Part shown: positions 45,472 through 54,538 of the stretch, piece after piece
How positions within the stretch are numbered: the first letter of the stretch is position 1
Layout: every line of letters begins with the position of its first letter
Origin: Saprospiraceae bacterium
GTDB taxonomy: Bacteria; Bacteroidota; Bacteroidia; Chitinophagales; Saprospiraceae
Reading direction: 5' to 3'
Assembly: GCA_044347755.1 (NCBI GenBank)
Contig: JBIKUE010000009.1
Location: forward strand, 1,933 to 65,932
DNA length: 64,000 nt
Notes under the pieces: model-generated
Seen by the model: only the letters and a program-made list of their open reading frames with translations
Told to the model about the DNA's origin: nothing
Database searches by the model: none
Position numbers and translations under genes: made by a program

Positions 45472-47028
45472 ATGAATACCCGATTATTCTTATTGCTGAG
45501 TGGTATCTGCATGCCTGTGTTGATGGTAGCGCAGAATTGCCCCAACCCCATTACGCTCAATTCAATATTGGTAACCAATACTTCCTGTGGGGCATCTACA
45601 GGAACCGTGATCGTTACTCCTAACGGAAACATCGGGGCGTTTTCTTACACCTGGACCCCCAACGTGGCCAGTTCCAATGTGGCGCTTAATCTCGCAGCCG
45701 GTTCTTATAATCTCCGGATTACCCGTAACAATAACCCCAACTGCACACTGGATACCCTCATTGTTGTCAACAACAGCAATGGCCCGCAAGTAACCCCCAC
45801 GATCCAACCTGCGCAGTGCCTGGCCAATAACGGAGCCATCAGCCTTTCTCCCAACAACCTGTGGTATAGCTGGAGCAATGGCGGTTCCGGCCCGTCCATC
45901 TCCGGCCTCCAAAGCAAAAACTATTACGTTACAGTTACCAACCCTTCCAACGGGTGTTTCTCCATTTTTAAATACTTTGTTCCACGTGACTTGAATGCGC
46001 TTATGGTTAATGCTCAGGTGCAAAACCAGTCTAAATGTGGACAAAACAATGGCCGGGCACTGGTTACTGTTTCAGGAGGTTCCGGACAATATTCCTATAC
46101 TCCCGGACCTGGCCCGCAATACAATAACCTTCCGCCGGGCAATCATACCGTACAGGTTCTGGATCTGGTAAGCGGATGCACCGGCTCTATCACATTCAAT
46201 ATCCAGGATTTACCGGTGAGCGGCTCGGTAAGCATTACACCAAACCCCAGCAAATGTGCCGGCCAGGCAGATGGCTTTGTATCATTCGATGTTAACCCTG
46301 GCGCTAACTTTACCTTGCCGCATACTTTTACCCTAAAAGATGCCAACGGGAATAACTACTCCCCCGGAAGTTTGCCGGGCGGAACCTATTTTCTCCAAAT
46401 TTTTGATGCCGATGGTTGTCCCCTGCCCGCTCAATCATTCACCATACAAGCACCGCCTGCTTTTGTACCACAGATATTTGCAGGGCCTGAAACCTGCCTC
46501 GAAAAAGGGCAAATTCAGCTTCAGCTATCCGGAGGGAATGGCACACCTTACCTGACCAACTGGACTGACCTTCCGGGTGATGAGAATCCGGAAGATCGCT
46601 TGAACCTGTCCGCGGGGATTTATTCGGCAGTGGTATACGACTCCTTGTTTTGTGCCTACCCCCTGACCAATATTCAGGTAGCCGCACAATGCAACCGGGC
46701 CAAACGAGTGCACATGGTTTTACCGGTGAACAGTTCAGATTCCTATTGTATTCCCACCCCGACAGGAACACAACAGGGTTCCACCATGTTCAATCTGGAA
46801 GCCGGTGGTAACGCGGGTAATTCATTTTACGGCAGCTGGATACTGAATGCCAATGGTTGTCTGAATTATCAGGCTGGCGCCCAGGCCGGTTTTGCCGTAG
46901 ATACCATTTGTGTGCTACGCACAAATGCTGTCCTGGGCTTAAAAGACACCTTATGTGTGGTAGTGAGTATCACGCAACAAACCGGTCCGGATGTTAAACT
47001 TCAAAAGTTTAGTATCCGGACTATTTAA
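45472..47028 (+). CDS. secreted protein with SprB-type repeats
   Basis: 518 aa with a signal peptide. The pattern C..(S/N)(T/N)G.(I/L/V).V...G..G...Y(S/T)(W/Y)(T/S) recurs several times (TSCGASTGTVIVTPNGNIGAFSYTWTP; SKCGQNNGRALVTVSGGSGQYSYTPG). Confidence 0.65.
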   Translation: MNTRLFLLLSGICMPVLMVAQNCPNPITLNSILVTNTSCGASTGTVIVTPNGNIGAFSYTWTPNVASSNVALNLAAGSYNLRITRNNNPNCTLDTLIVVNNSNGPQVTPTIQPAQCLANNGAISLSPNNLWYSWSNGGSGPSISGLQSKNYYVTVTNPSNGCFSIFKYFVPRDLNALMVNAQVQNQSKCGQNNGRALVTVSGGSGQYSYTPGPGPQYNNLPPGNHTVQVLDLVSGCTGSITFNIQDLPVSGSVSITPNPSKCAGQADGFVSFDVNPGANFTLPHTFTLKDANGNNYSPGSLPGGTYFLQIFDADGCPLPAQSFTIQAPPAFVPQIFAGPETCLEKGQIQLQLSGGNGTPYLTNWTDLPGDENPEDRLNLSAGIYSAVVYDSLFCAYPLTNIQVAAQCNRAKRVHMVLPVNSSDSYCIPTPTGTQQGSTMFNLEAGGNAGNSFYGSWILNANGCLNYQAGAQAGFAVDTICVLRTNAVLGLKDTLCVVVSITQQTGPDVKLQKFSIRTI

Positions 47029-47040
47029 TATTTTCAATCC

Positions 47041-49176
47041 ATGCGCCATACCTACCTATCCATTGCGGCTTTCATTATCTTTCTTTCTAATGCCCCACAT
47101 GCCCAAAACATCTGGTTTGTAAACGCTTCAAGTCAGGCTGTTCAACCAAGCGGCGTTTCCTGGCAGGATGCTTATCCCCGTTTGCAGGATGCCCTGCAAG
47201 TGGCTCAATATGGCGACCAAATCTGGGTAGCAGCTGGCGTATACAAACCTACCCAAACAGCACAGAGAGACCTCTCTTTTGTACTGAAAAACGGCGTTGC
47301 CATGCTGGGTGGTTTTGCGGGCACAGAATCCGCTGCTGAACAGCGCAACCCGATCCTGAACCTCACCAGACTGAGTGGCAACATCGGCGATACGGCTATT
47401 GATACCGACAATTCATTTCATGTACTCACGGGTATAGGATTGGATGAACAAACCGTATTAGACGGGTTTGTCATTTCAGACGGAAACTCATCTGGCTCCG
47501 TCAACACAGAATCTGATCAATATGGCGCAGGTATGTTTTTGCTTGGCGCTGAGGGATTGCCTGATTCCCGGCCATTGATTGCAAACTGTGTTTTTGAACA
47601 CAATGAAGCCGGGCAAGGAGGTGGGGGCATTTTTGTCGGACATATTAATCCCTCCGATCCATTTGGCCCGCAGCATTTGGTTAATCCGCGACTGAAGAAC
47701 TGTACATTTTTTCAAAACCGGGGAAATATTTACGGTGGCGGATTAATGAAAATAGGCCCTACGGCCCCCAATGATACCTTTGTACTTGAAAATTGCCGGT
47801 TTACGGATAATTATGCTTTTGCTGCACATGGTGGAGGCGTGCAGATTGAAAAAACAGGCAATTCTACCATTGCTTTTAAGGACTGTATTTTTAAATACAA
47901 CGAAACGCAGGGTGGAAACGGTGGAGGGTTAAATATAACGGCTAATTCAGATGGGGCATTTACTATTTTACTAATCATGCAAGGCTGTACTTTTATTAAA
48001 AATAATGCGGCGACTGGTGGCGGATTTAATATCGATGGCATTATCTATCTCCCTATGAATTATACTATTAATTTATCCATAGAGAATTGCTTGTTTGAGG
48101 AAAATGATAGTAGGAATGAAGCGGGTGGAGCTTATTTAGTTTATATCGGCCGCAATGGGGTTGTAAACGCAACTATCCGTAACAGCCAATTCTTACGCAA
48201 TGTAGCCAACAGTTATTTTGCTACCGCTTTTCTATGCAATGATACCAGTTCAGCTAATGTTTTGGTGGAAAATTGTTCTTTTATCGGCAACAGACAAAGA
48301 AATAATCCTAATAGTTACTTTGTGGCGTATAGCGCGGGTGGCAACAATGTACACAGCCGCCTCAATAACTGTTTATTTGCCAATAATCCTGGCGGGGCCA
48401 TTTTCGCCGGAGGTCATGAAGAAACCAAAGTGCTGACCGAAGTAACCAATTGCACCTTTTACAACAATGGCGCTAATCCGTTCGGGAAACGCTGGTATTC
48501 CTCTTTTAACCAAGCCGGTGCACAGTTTTACAACAAGATGAATTTTTACAACTGCGCCATTTGGGAGCCACAGTCCAAGCATCGTCTGATCTACAATAAC
48601 AACCAAAATAATATCAACGGATTCTGGTTTCGTTTCGAGTATTGTAGTATGAGTCCATTGGTTCCCGGGATAGCCATAATCCCCAACTATAATTTGGTTT
48701 TCGGGGATAGCGTTTACCACAATGTCTACCCTGGATTTGTGGATACCCTGGGTGGAGATTTTCGGCTTGGCCAATGTTCACCGGTTCTCAATAGAGGTAG
48801 CAATGAGGCTGTTGACAGCGCCGGCATTACAACAGACTTTGACGGGCAGGCACGCATCCGCTTTGGTCGGGTAGATTTGGGCGCGTATGAGCAGCAGGAT
48901 TCCTGTGTAATTTCTTCCACGGATGAACTGGAAGCTGTTAACTCCGGTAAACTTTGGCCTAACCCTGCATCACCAGGCAGTCGGTTGCAATGGGAATTAC
49001 CAGAGATATCACAAAAAGCAGGACGGTGGCACTTGCTGGATGCGTACGGACGGCTTTTGATGGAGGGTTCAGATCTGAGCACAGGCATTACTGCCCCAGC
49101 TATACCAGGAATATATTGGGTAATCCTGCACATTGAACAACAAACGATTCAGCGTAAATTAGTGGTGCAACGATGA
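47041..49176 (+). CDS. secreted right-handed beta-helix protein with T9SS-type C-terminal sorting domain
   Basis: 711 aa with a signal peptide. GGG(I/L/F)-type turns are reiterated (GQGGGGIFV, GGGLMK, HGGGVQI, GNGGGLNI, TGGGFNI). The DLGAYE motif is present. The C-terminus is LWPNPASPGSRLQWEL...GIYWVILHIEQQTIQRKLVVQR. Confidence 0.8.
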   Translation: MRHTYLSIAAFIIFLSNAPHAQNIWFVNASSQAVQPSGVSWQDAYPRLQDALQVAQYGDQIWVAAGVYKPTQTAQRDLSFVLKNGVAMLGGFAGTESAAEQRNPILNLTRLSGNIGDTAIDTDNSFHVLTGIGLDEQTVLDGFVISDGNSSGSVNTESDQYGAGMFLLGAEGLPDSRPLIANCVFEHNEAGQGGGGIFVGHINPSDPFGPQHLVNPRLKNCTFFQNRGNIYGGGLMKIGPTAPNDTFVLENCRFTDNYAFAAHGGGVQIEKTGNSTIAFKDCIFKYNETQGGNGGGLNITANSDGAFTILLIMQGCTFIKNNAATGGGFNIDGIIYLPMNYTINLSIENCLFEENDSRNEAGGAYLVYIGRNGVVNATIRNSQFLRNVANSYFATAFLCNDTSSANVLVENCSFIGNRQRNNPNSYFVAYSAGGNNVHSRLNNCLFANNPGGAIFAGGHEETKVLTEVTNCTFYNNGANPFGKRWYSSFNQAGAQFYNKMNFYNCAIWEPQSKHRLIYNNNQNNINGFWFRFEYCSMSPLVPGIAIIPNYNLVFGDSVYHNVYPGFVDTLGGDFRLGQCSPVLNRGSNEAVDSAGITTDFDGQARIRFGRVDLGAYEQQDSCVISSTDELEAVNSGKLWPNPASPGSRLQWELPEISQKAGRWHLLDAYGRLLMEGSDLSTGITAPAIPGIYWVILHIEQQTIQRKLVVQR

Positions 49177-49283
49177 TGAACTATGAACTATGAACGATGG
49201 GCTTGCGCTCGGTGTAATAGGTGATTTTCACTTCATCGAGCGCAAGTTCATCGTCTATCGTTCATCGTCCAACAGTCCATCGT
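49177..49283. repeat. intergenic word-repeat palindrome with conserved core (cttgcgctcgg...cgagcgcaag)
   Basis: tgaactatgaactatgaacgatgg gcttgcgctcggtgtaataggtgattttcacttcatcgagcgcaagttc atcgtctatcgttcatcgtcc. It sits between convergent genes and touches both stop codons. Confidence 0.8.
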
Positions 49284-50174
49284 CTAAGGCCTGCCTGCCA
49301 GGGCGCGTTGAATAATACCCCATACCTGCGCTCTTTCTTCACCTTCCAGAGGCAATCTGGGCGCGCGCACGTGTTCGGTGCCGAGGCCGGTGGCTACTTC
49401 TGCCAGTTTGATGTATTGCACCAGCTTGGGGTGGATATCCAGTTCCAGCAGCGGCATGAACCACTGATAGATGCGGCGGGCTTCTTCTATTTTGCCGGCT
49501 TTGGCGAGCTGATAGATGGCCATCGTTTCCTTTGGGAAAGCATCCACCAGGCCGGCCACCCATCCGTGAGCGCCCAATAACAAGGATTCCAGCGCAAGGG
49601 TATCCACACCGCAAAGGATCTTGAATCGATCCCCAAAGCGGTTAATCATCCGGGTGATGTTGGTTACATCGCGGGTGCTTTCCTTTACGGCCTGGATGGT
49701 AGGCCAATCGGCCATAGTTTCGAACATATCCAGCGTTACCAGAATCTTGTAATCTACCGGATTGTTGTAGATCATGATAGGTAGCGGAGTGGCATCAGCT
49801 ACTGCGCGGAAATAGGCCAGCGTTTCGCGGTCGTCGGCCTTATACCGCATGGGAGGCAAAAGCATGAGTCCCGAGGCGCCGCAGCGTTGGGCTTCCTCAG
49901 CGGCAGCAACGGCAGCACGAGTAGTTTGCTCCGCAATGTTCATGATGACCGGCACGCGTCCGGCGGCATTTTCTACGGTAAAACGCACGAGTTCGTATTT
50001 TTCTTCATTGAGCAAACTGCTGGCTTCTCCCAGTGTGCCGCCTAAAATCAGGCCACTCGCACCAGCAGCAAGCTGGGCTTCCATGTTGAGGGCAAAAACA
50101 GGAAAATCAATCGAATCGTTTTCGGTAAAGGGGGTGGTGAGGGCGGGATAAACGCCATGCCAAAGAGGATTCAT
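49284..50174 (-). CDS. dihydrodipicolinate synthase (DapA/NAL) family class I aldolase
   Basis: 296 aa. GLILGGTLGEASSL is a GTTGE-like motif, and the Schiff-base lysine context is IQAVKESTRD. Confidence 0.8.
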   Translation of the reverse strand: MNPLWHGVYPALTTPFTENDSIDFPVFALNMEAQLAAGASGLILGGTLGEASSLLNEEKYELVRFTVENAAGRVPVIMNIAEQTTRAAVAAAEEAQRCGASGLMLLPPMRYKADDRETLAYFRAVADATPLPIMIYNNPVDYKILVTLDMFETMADWPTIQAVKESTRDVTNITRMINRFGDRFKILCGVDTLALESLLLGAHGWVAGLVDAFPKETMAIYQLAKAGKIEEARRIYQWFMPLLELDIHPKLVQYIKLAEVATGLGTEHVRAPRLPLEGEERAQVWGIIQRALAGRP

Positions 50175-50185
50175 ACATCAATTAA

Positions 50186-50803
50186 TTATTTCTGGTATTT
50201 GAATATTCGTTCGTCTACTTCTGGCGCCAACCTAACGGCAGAAAAAGCAAAGAATTTTTTGGTGGAAGCGTTTTTATCTGAAATGGTAAACTCCAGAATA
50301 AACCCGACTGATAACAGATCCGGATCCATAATAATACCCATTGGGGTTTGGATTTGCTTCGTGGCCCAACCCCTGATAACCGTGTTGTCCTTTCCGGAAC
50401 TGGCTTCAGCAACAAAAGAAAAACACTCATACCCAAGAATTTTTTTCTTTTCATTACCAATGGTAACCTTGTACGAGTACTTGGTATGACTTGCAGCCAA
50501 TTGTTGCTGAATGCTCATGGCCGGAACGGAAATAAACTTATTACTTACCAGAAAATGATAGACAGAATCTGTGGCAAACTCGTAAATGGAGCGAAACCCT
50601 GGAGAACTCTTGTCTTTAATGGCTACCGATGCCCCAAATCCCGGTTTAAAACAGATGATTTGACTGCCTGTATCCTTGGTAGCCAAATTCGTGAAAGAAA
50701 ATCGCACCGTACCGGTTTGAAGTACACTCTGTGCCTGAAGACTGAGATGCTGAACCCAGAAATACAGAATGATACCAATGAATTTGAAGTTAAAACCGAT
50801 CAT
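50186..50803 (-). CDS. hypothetical secreted protein
   Basis: 205 aa. The N-terminus MIGFNFKFIGIILYFWVQHLSLQAQS is signal-like. No motif recognised. Confidence 0.5.
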   Translation of the reverse strand: MIGFNFKFIGIILYFWVQHLSLQAQSVLQTGTVRFSFTNLATKDTGSQIICFKPGFGASVAIKDKSSPGFRSIYEFATDSVYHFLVSNKFISVPAMSIQQQLAASHTKYSYKVTIGNEKKKILGYECFSFVAEASSGKDNTVIRGWATKQIQTPMGIIMDPDLLSVGFILEFTISDKNASTKKFFAFSAVRLAPEVDERIFKYQK

Positions 50804-50946
50804 GAAAGCTCGCTGAATGGATGAATGGGCCCGCGAATGTAGACTTAACCTGCAACTGCACCAAAACGAACAGCGTTTTTCCCTACTTTTGTGCTTTCAT
50901 TGCAAAAAGCGGTGGATTTCTAAAGGTCATTAGAGTTATTTAGGAG

Positions 50947-51050
50947 TTCTTTTGGGTCATTTGGGGGTCATTAAGAGTCATTTTAAATCATTCCAAATGA
51001 CTCAAATGACCTAAAATGACTCTTAATGACCCCCAAATGACCCAAAAGAA
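50947..51050. repeat. perfect 38-nt inverted repeat built from aaatgac words
   Basis: ttcttttgggtcatttgggggtcattaagagtcatttt (50947-50984) pairs with aaaatgactcttaatgacccccaaatgacccaaaagaa (51013-51050). catcgttcatcgtt words follow, up to the next ATG. Confidence 0.85.
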
Positions 51051-51091
51051 CCCCACACCGTCCCATCGTTCATCGTTCATCGTTTAATTAC

Positions 51092-52300
51092 ATGTCAAGA
51101 GTTCTCATTATTGGCGCAGGCGGTGTAGGCCGGGTTGTTGCCTACAAATGCGCCCAACACCGCGATGTTTTCAGCGAAATCATGCTCGCTTCGCGCACCC
51201 AATCCAAATGCGATACCATCGCCAATGCCATTCATGCCGCTTATGGTGGTAAAAAAATAGAAACCGCTCGCGTAGATGCCGATAATGTGGCGGAAACGGT
51301 GGCGCTCATCCGTCAGTTCAAGCCGGATTTGCTCATCAATGTGGCCCTGCCTTATCAGGATTTGCCCCTCATGGACGCCTGCCTCGAAACTGGCGTGAAC
51401 TACATGGATACCGCCAACTATGAGCCAAAAGATGAAGCCAAGTTTGAATACTCCTGGCAATGGGCTTATCAGGATCGCTTCCGCGAAAAAGGCATCATGG
51501 CCCTGCTCGGCTGCGGCTTCGATCCGGGCGTAACCTCTGTATTCACCAAATACGCCGCCAAACATTACTTCGACGAAATCCACGAGCTTGACATCATTGA
51601 TGCCAACGCCGGCAACCACGGCAAGGCTTTTGCCACCAACTTCAACCCGGAGATCAACATCCGTGAAGTGACGCAAAAAGGTCGCTACTGGCAGGACGGC
51701 AAATGGATCGAAACCGAGCCGCACGAGATCTGGAAAGACATTGACTACCCGGAAATCGGCCCAAAACGCTCTTATCTGATCTACCACGAAGAACTGGAGA
51801 GTCTGGTGAAGAACTTCCCTACCCTGCGCCGCGCTCGTTTCTGGATGACTTTCGGTCAGGAATACCTCACACACCTGCGCGTGATCCAGAACATTGGTAT
51901 GGCCGGTATTGAACCCATCAAATTCCAGGGCATGGACATCATTCCATTGGAATTTCTCAAAGCGGTTCTGCCTGCACCGGAAGAGCTCGGTGAGAACTAC
52001 ACCGGCTTCACCAGTATCGGCTGCCGCATCAAGGGCGTAAAAGACGGCAAAGAGCGCACGTATTACGTTTGGAACAATTGCTCTCACGTGGATGCCTACA
52101 AAGAAACCGGCACGCAGGCCGTAAGCTACACCACCGGCGTACCGGCCATGATTGGCGCCCGCATGATCCTGGAAGGAAAATGGGCCGGCAAAGGCGTATT
52201 CAACGTGGAAGAAATGGATCCTGATCCGTTCATGGACCGTCTCAACAAGGACGGACTACCCTGGCACGAACAGGTAGATATTGATCTGGAGATGGATTAA
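51092..52300 (+). CDS. saccharopine dehydrogenase family protein (likely carboxynorspermidine/carboxyspermidine dehydrogenase)
   Basis: 402 aa. Rossmann N-terminus MSRVLIIGAGGVGRVVAYKCAQ. The size and overall pattern fit the family. The specific activity is inferred. Confidence 0.75.
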   Translation: MSRVLIIGAGGVGRVVAYKCAQHRDVFSEIMLASRTQSKCDTIANAIHAAYGGKKIETARVDADNVAETVALIRQFKPDLLINVALPYQDLPLMDACLETGVNYMDTANYEPKDEAKFEYSWQWAYQDRFREKGIMALLGCGFDPGVTSVFTKYAAKHYFDEIHELDIIDANAGNHGKAFATNFNPEINIREVTQKGRYWQDGKWIETEPHEIWKDIDYPEIGPKRSYLIYHEELESLVKNFPTLRRARFWMTFGQEYLTHLRVIQNIGMAGIEPIKFQGMDIIPLEFLKAVLPAPEELGENYTGFTSIGCRIKGVKDGKERTYYVWNNCSHVDAYKETGTQAVSYTTGVPAMIGARMILEGKWAGKGVFNVEEMDPDPFMDRLNKDGLPWHEQVDIDLEMD

Positions 52301-52309
52301 TGGCTTGGA

Positions 52310-53020
52310 CTATAGTCCAATGTCTAACAATCCAAAAACCGTCACCGCATACAAGCCAGCCGTTTCCGTGCGCAGGCGCGCTTCGCCTAGGCTGATGGCC
52401 TGGAAGCCGCTGGAAAGCGCTAATGTCACTTCTTCCGGGCTAAAATCACCTTCAGGCCCGATGGCTATGACGGTGCTCTGATCCGGCAGCAGGGTGTTTT
52501 TCAGATGCGGCATGGGTTCGTCCCCACACCAGGCGAGGCGCTTTTGCGTCTCGCCTGTTTTTTTGACAAAATCTGTAAACTTCGTGAGTGGGTTGAGCTG
52601 CGGAAGCCAGGCGCGCAGACTCTGTTTCATAGCCGAAACCAGAATTTTCTCCAGACGGTCCAGTCGGAGGCTATCCCGCTCTGAATGTTTGCAGAGGATA
52701 GGTGTGATTTCATCCACGCCTATTTCCGTGGCTTTTTCCAGAAACCACTCCAGGCGATCCATGTTTTTGGTGGGCGCTATAGCCATGTGAAGCAGCCCGC
52801 GATCAGGCCGCGGTACACTTTCACTGGAAATGATGCGGGCAAGCACCTGTCGCTTGCCCGCATCAGCCAGTTCGGCTTCGTAAAAAGATCCTTTCCCATC
52901 AGTGAGGCGGAGCCTGTCGCCCGGTTTTTTGCGCAAAACCGTACTCAGGTGCCGGCCCTCCTCTTCCTCAAAAATAGCGAAACCGTTTTCAATCTTCGGT
53001 GTGAAGAACAACTGACTCAT
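52310..53020 (-). CDS. rsmE: 16S rRNA (uracil1498-N3)-methyltransferase
   Basis: 236 aa. N-terminus MSQLFFTP...EEEGRHLSTVLRKKPGDRLRLTDGKGSFYEAEL and C-terminal IAIGPEGDFSPEEV...LGEARLRTETAG are typical of RsmE. Confidence 0.85.
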   Translation of the reverse strand: MSQLFFTPKIENGFAIFEEEEGRHLSTVLRKKPGDRLRLTDGKGSFYEAELADAGKRQVLARIISSESVPRPDRGLLHMAIAPTKNMDRLEWFLEKATEIGVDEITPILCKHSERDSLRLDRLEKILVSAMKQSLRAWLPQLNPLTKFTDFVKKTGETQKRLAWCGDEPMPHLKNTLLPDQSTVIAIGPEGDFSPEEVTLALSSGFQAISLGEARLRTETAGLYAVTVFGLLDIGL

Positions 53021-53024
53021 AGGG

Positions 53025-54359
53025 TCACTTGCGGGTCTTCAACTCTTTGTTTACGTACTCGCCGATTTGCTTACCAACTTTCAAACCTGCTTCGTTGCCC
53101 CGACGGTAGTGAATACCGCCGTACAAACGGCTTACGCCTACTTCTTCAGAGGCCTCATAGAACGATTTGAAAGAGCGGGTAGGCAGGCCAAATTCCACTT
53201 CGGTGCTGTCGGTAAACGCAAAGTTATCGCCAAAAATGCCGGTCAAAACCGCCGCAGAGGCCATAGAAATGGTACTGTGACCGCTGGTGTGTTCCGGGAA
53301 CGGAGGCGTTTGGATCAGTGGCTGCCAGCTTTGGTCAATGTATTGGTTGATGTAGGATTCCGGACGAATCAGGTTGGTTTTATACTTGGTATCCCAACTG
53401 GAAATGAAGGCATCGGCCAGCGCACAGGCTACTTTCACATAAGCTTCGGCAGATACCATGGCATCGGCGTTGGCTTTGCGGCAGGCATGACCAACAATGT
53501 TCATCCAGTGGCCGCCCGGGCTGATTTTCTTTTTGGCAAAAGCCACGTGGCCACTCACTTCCATGGCAAACGGGTTATCGTCCCAATACCAGGCAATGGC
53601 TTCTTTTTCCGGGTTTTTCTCGTTCACGATGTCGCGAACTTCCAGTGCCTGCTTGTAAAATTCGCTGTTTTTTTCCTTGCTGAAAGGAACCGGAGCATCG
53701 GCAGGGAATTGCGCTGCAGAGTCCATGACCCATGGACGAATCTTGGGCCAGTGTGGCTCCAGTGCATCACCGTAAGCAGGTGGTGTAGGGCGCCAGCGGG
53801 AAGGATTTTCCACATCAATGGTGAACTTGGCCGCGCTGCGTGTCTGCGCATAGTTGTCGGTTTTAGACCAAGCAATAATGTGCTTGGCTACGGATTCGCC
53901 ATAAGCCATGGAGCGGTCGTACACATCATTCGGGATATCCATTTTTTTGAAATCCTCAAAGATTTGCTCCTTGAGTTCTTCTACATCGCCTTCTGAAAAA
54001 ACCAGTGCTTTACCCACAATCAACTGGGCATTCACACTGGCCAGCGGAAAACAATAATCCTTACCTGCTTCCGGCTGTGGCACAGGCGTAAGACCATTGA
54101 GCTGGCCGGCGAGGCTTTGGTAATTCGGGAAACCCGGCACCAGCGCTTCATAGGCTGCAACTGCGCCGTAAGCATAGATTCTGGAAGAAATGGGCGGCGC
54201 AAAAATGTCATGACGGATAATGTCTGTTATACGGCGAACACCGGCGTGAATAAACTCGGCATTGTTCGCTTTTTGCTGGTATTCGTTACTGCCTGTTTGA
54301 CAAGCGGGGAGCCACATCAGCAAAGCAAATGCAGCAAACAAGAATGATTTTAAATTCAT
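53025..54359 (-). CDS. vanadium-haloperoxidase-like / PAP2-superfamily protein, lipoprotein
   Basis: ORF trimmed to the ATG at comp. 54359 (MNLKSFLFAAFALLMWLPAC). The acid-phosphatase motifs PEHTSGHSTIS and SRLYGGIHYRRGNEAG are present. Confidence 0.7.
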   Translation of the reverse strand: MNLKSFLFAAFALLMWLPACQTGSNEYQQKANNAEFIHAGVRRITDIIRHDIFAPPISSRIYAYGAVAAYEALVPGFPNYQSLAGQLNGLTPVPQPEAGKDYCFPLASVNAQLIVGKALVFSEGDVEELKEQIFEDFKKMDIPNDVYDRSMAYGESVAKHIIAWSKTDNYAQTRSAAKFTIDVENPSRWRPTPPAYGDALEPHWPKIRPWVMDSAAQFPADAPVPFSKEKNSEFYKQALEVRDIVNEKNPEKEAIAWYWDDNPFAMEVSGHVAFAKKKISPGGHWMNIVGHACRKANADAMVSAEAYVKVACALADAFISSWDTKYKTNLIRPESYINQYIDQSWQPLIQTPPFPEHTSGHSTISMASAAVLTGIFGDNFAFTDSTEVEFGLPTRSFKSFYEASEEVGVSRLYGGIHYRRGNEAGLKVGKQIGEYVNKELKTRK

Positions 54360-54538
54360 AATAAACGTTTTATGGAAAATGCAAAAGCCATTTTCTAATG
54401 CAAAATTCCGGGTAATAGCACGTGAAAAATCAGGTTTCGGGCTTTTTAATACTATTCTAATGGCTGACTTCGGCAAAAATAAAGCACGAAAAAGGAAAAA
54501 CAACTGCTACTTTTCAGCCTTTAAAACAAGCCTAGTCT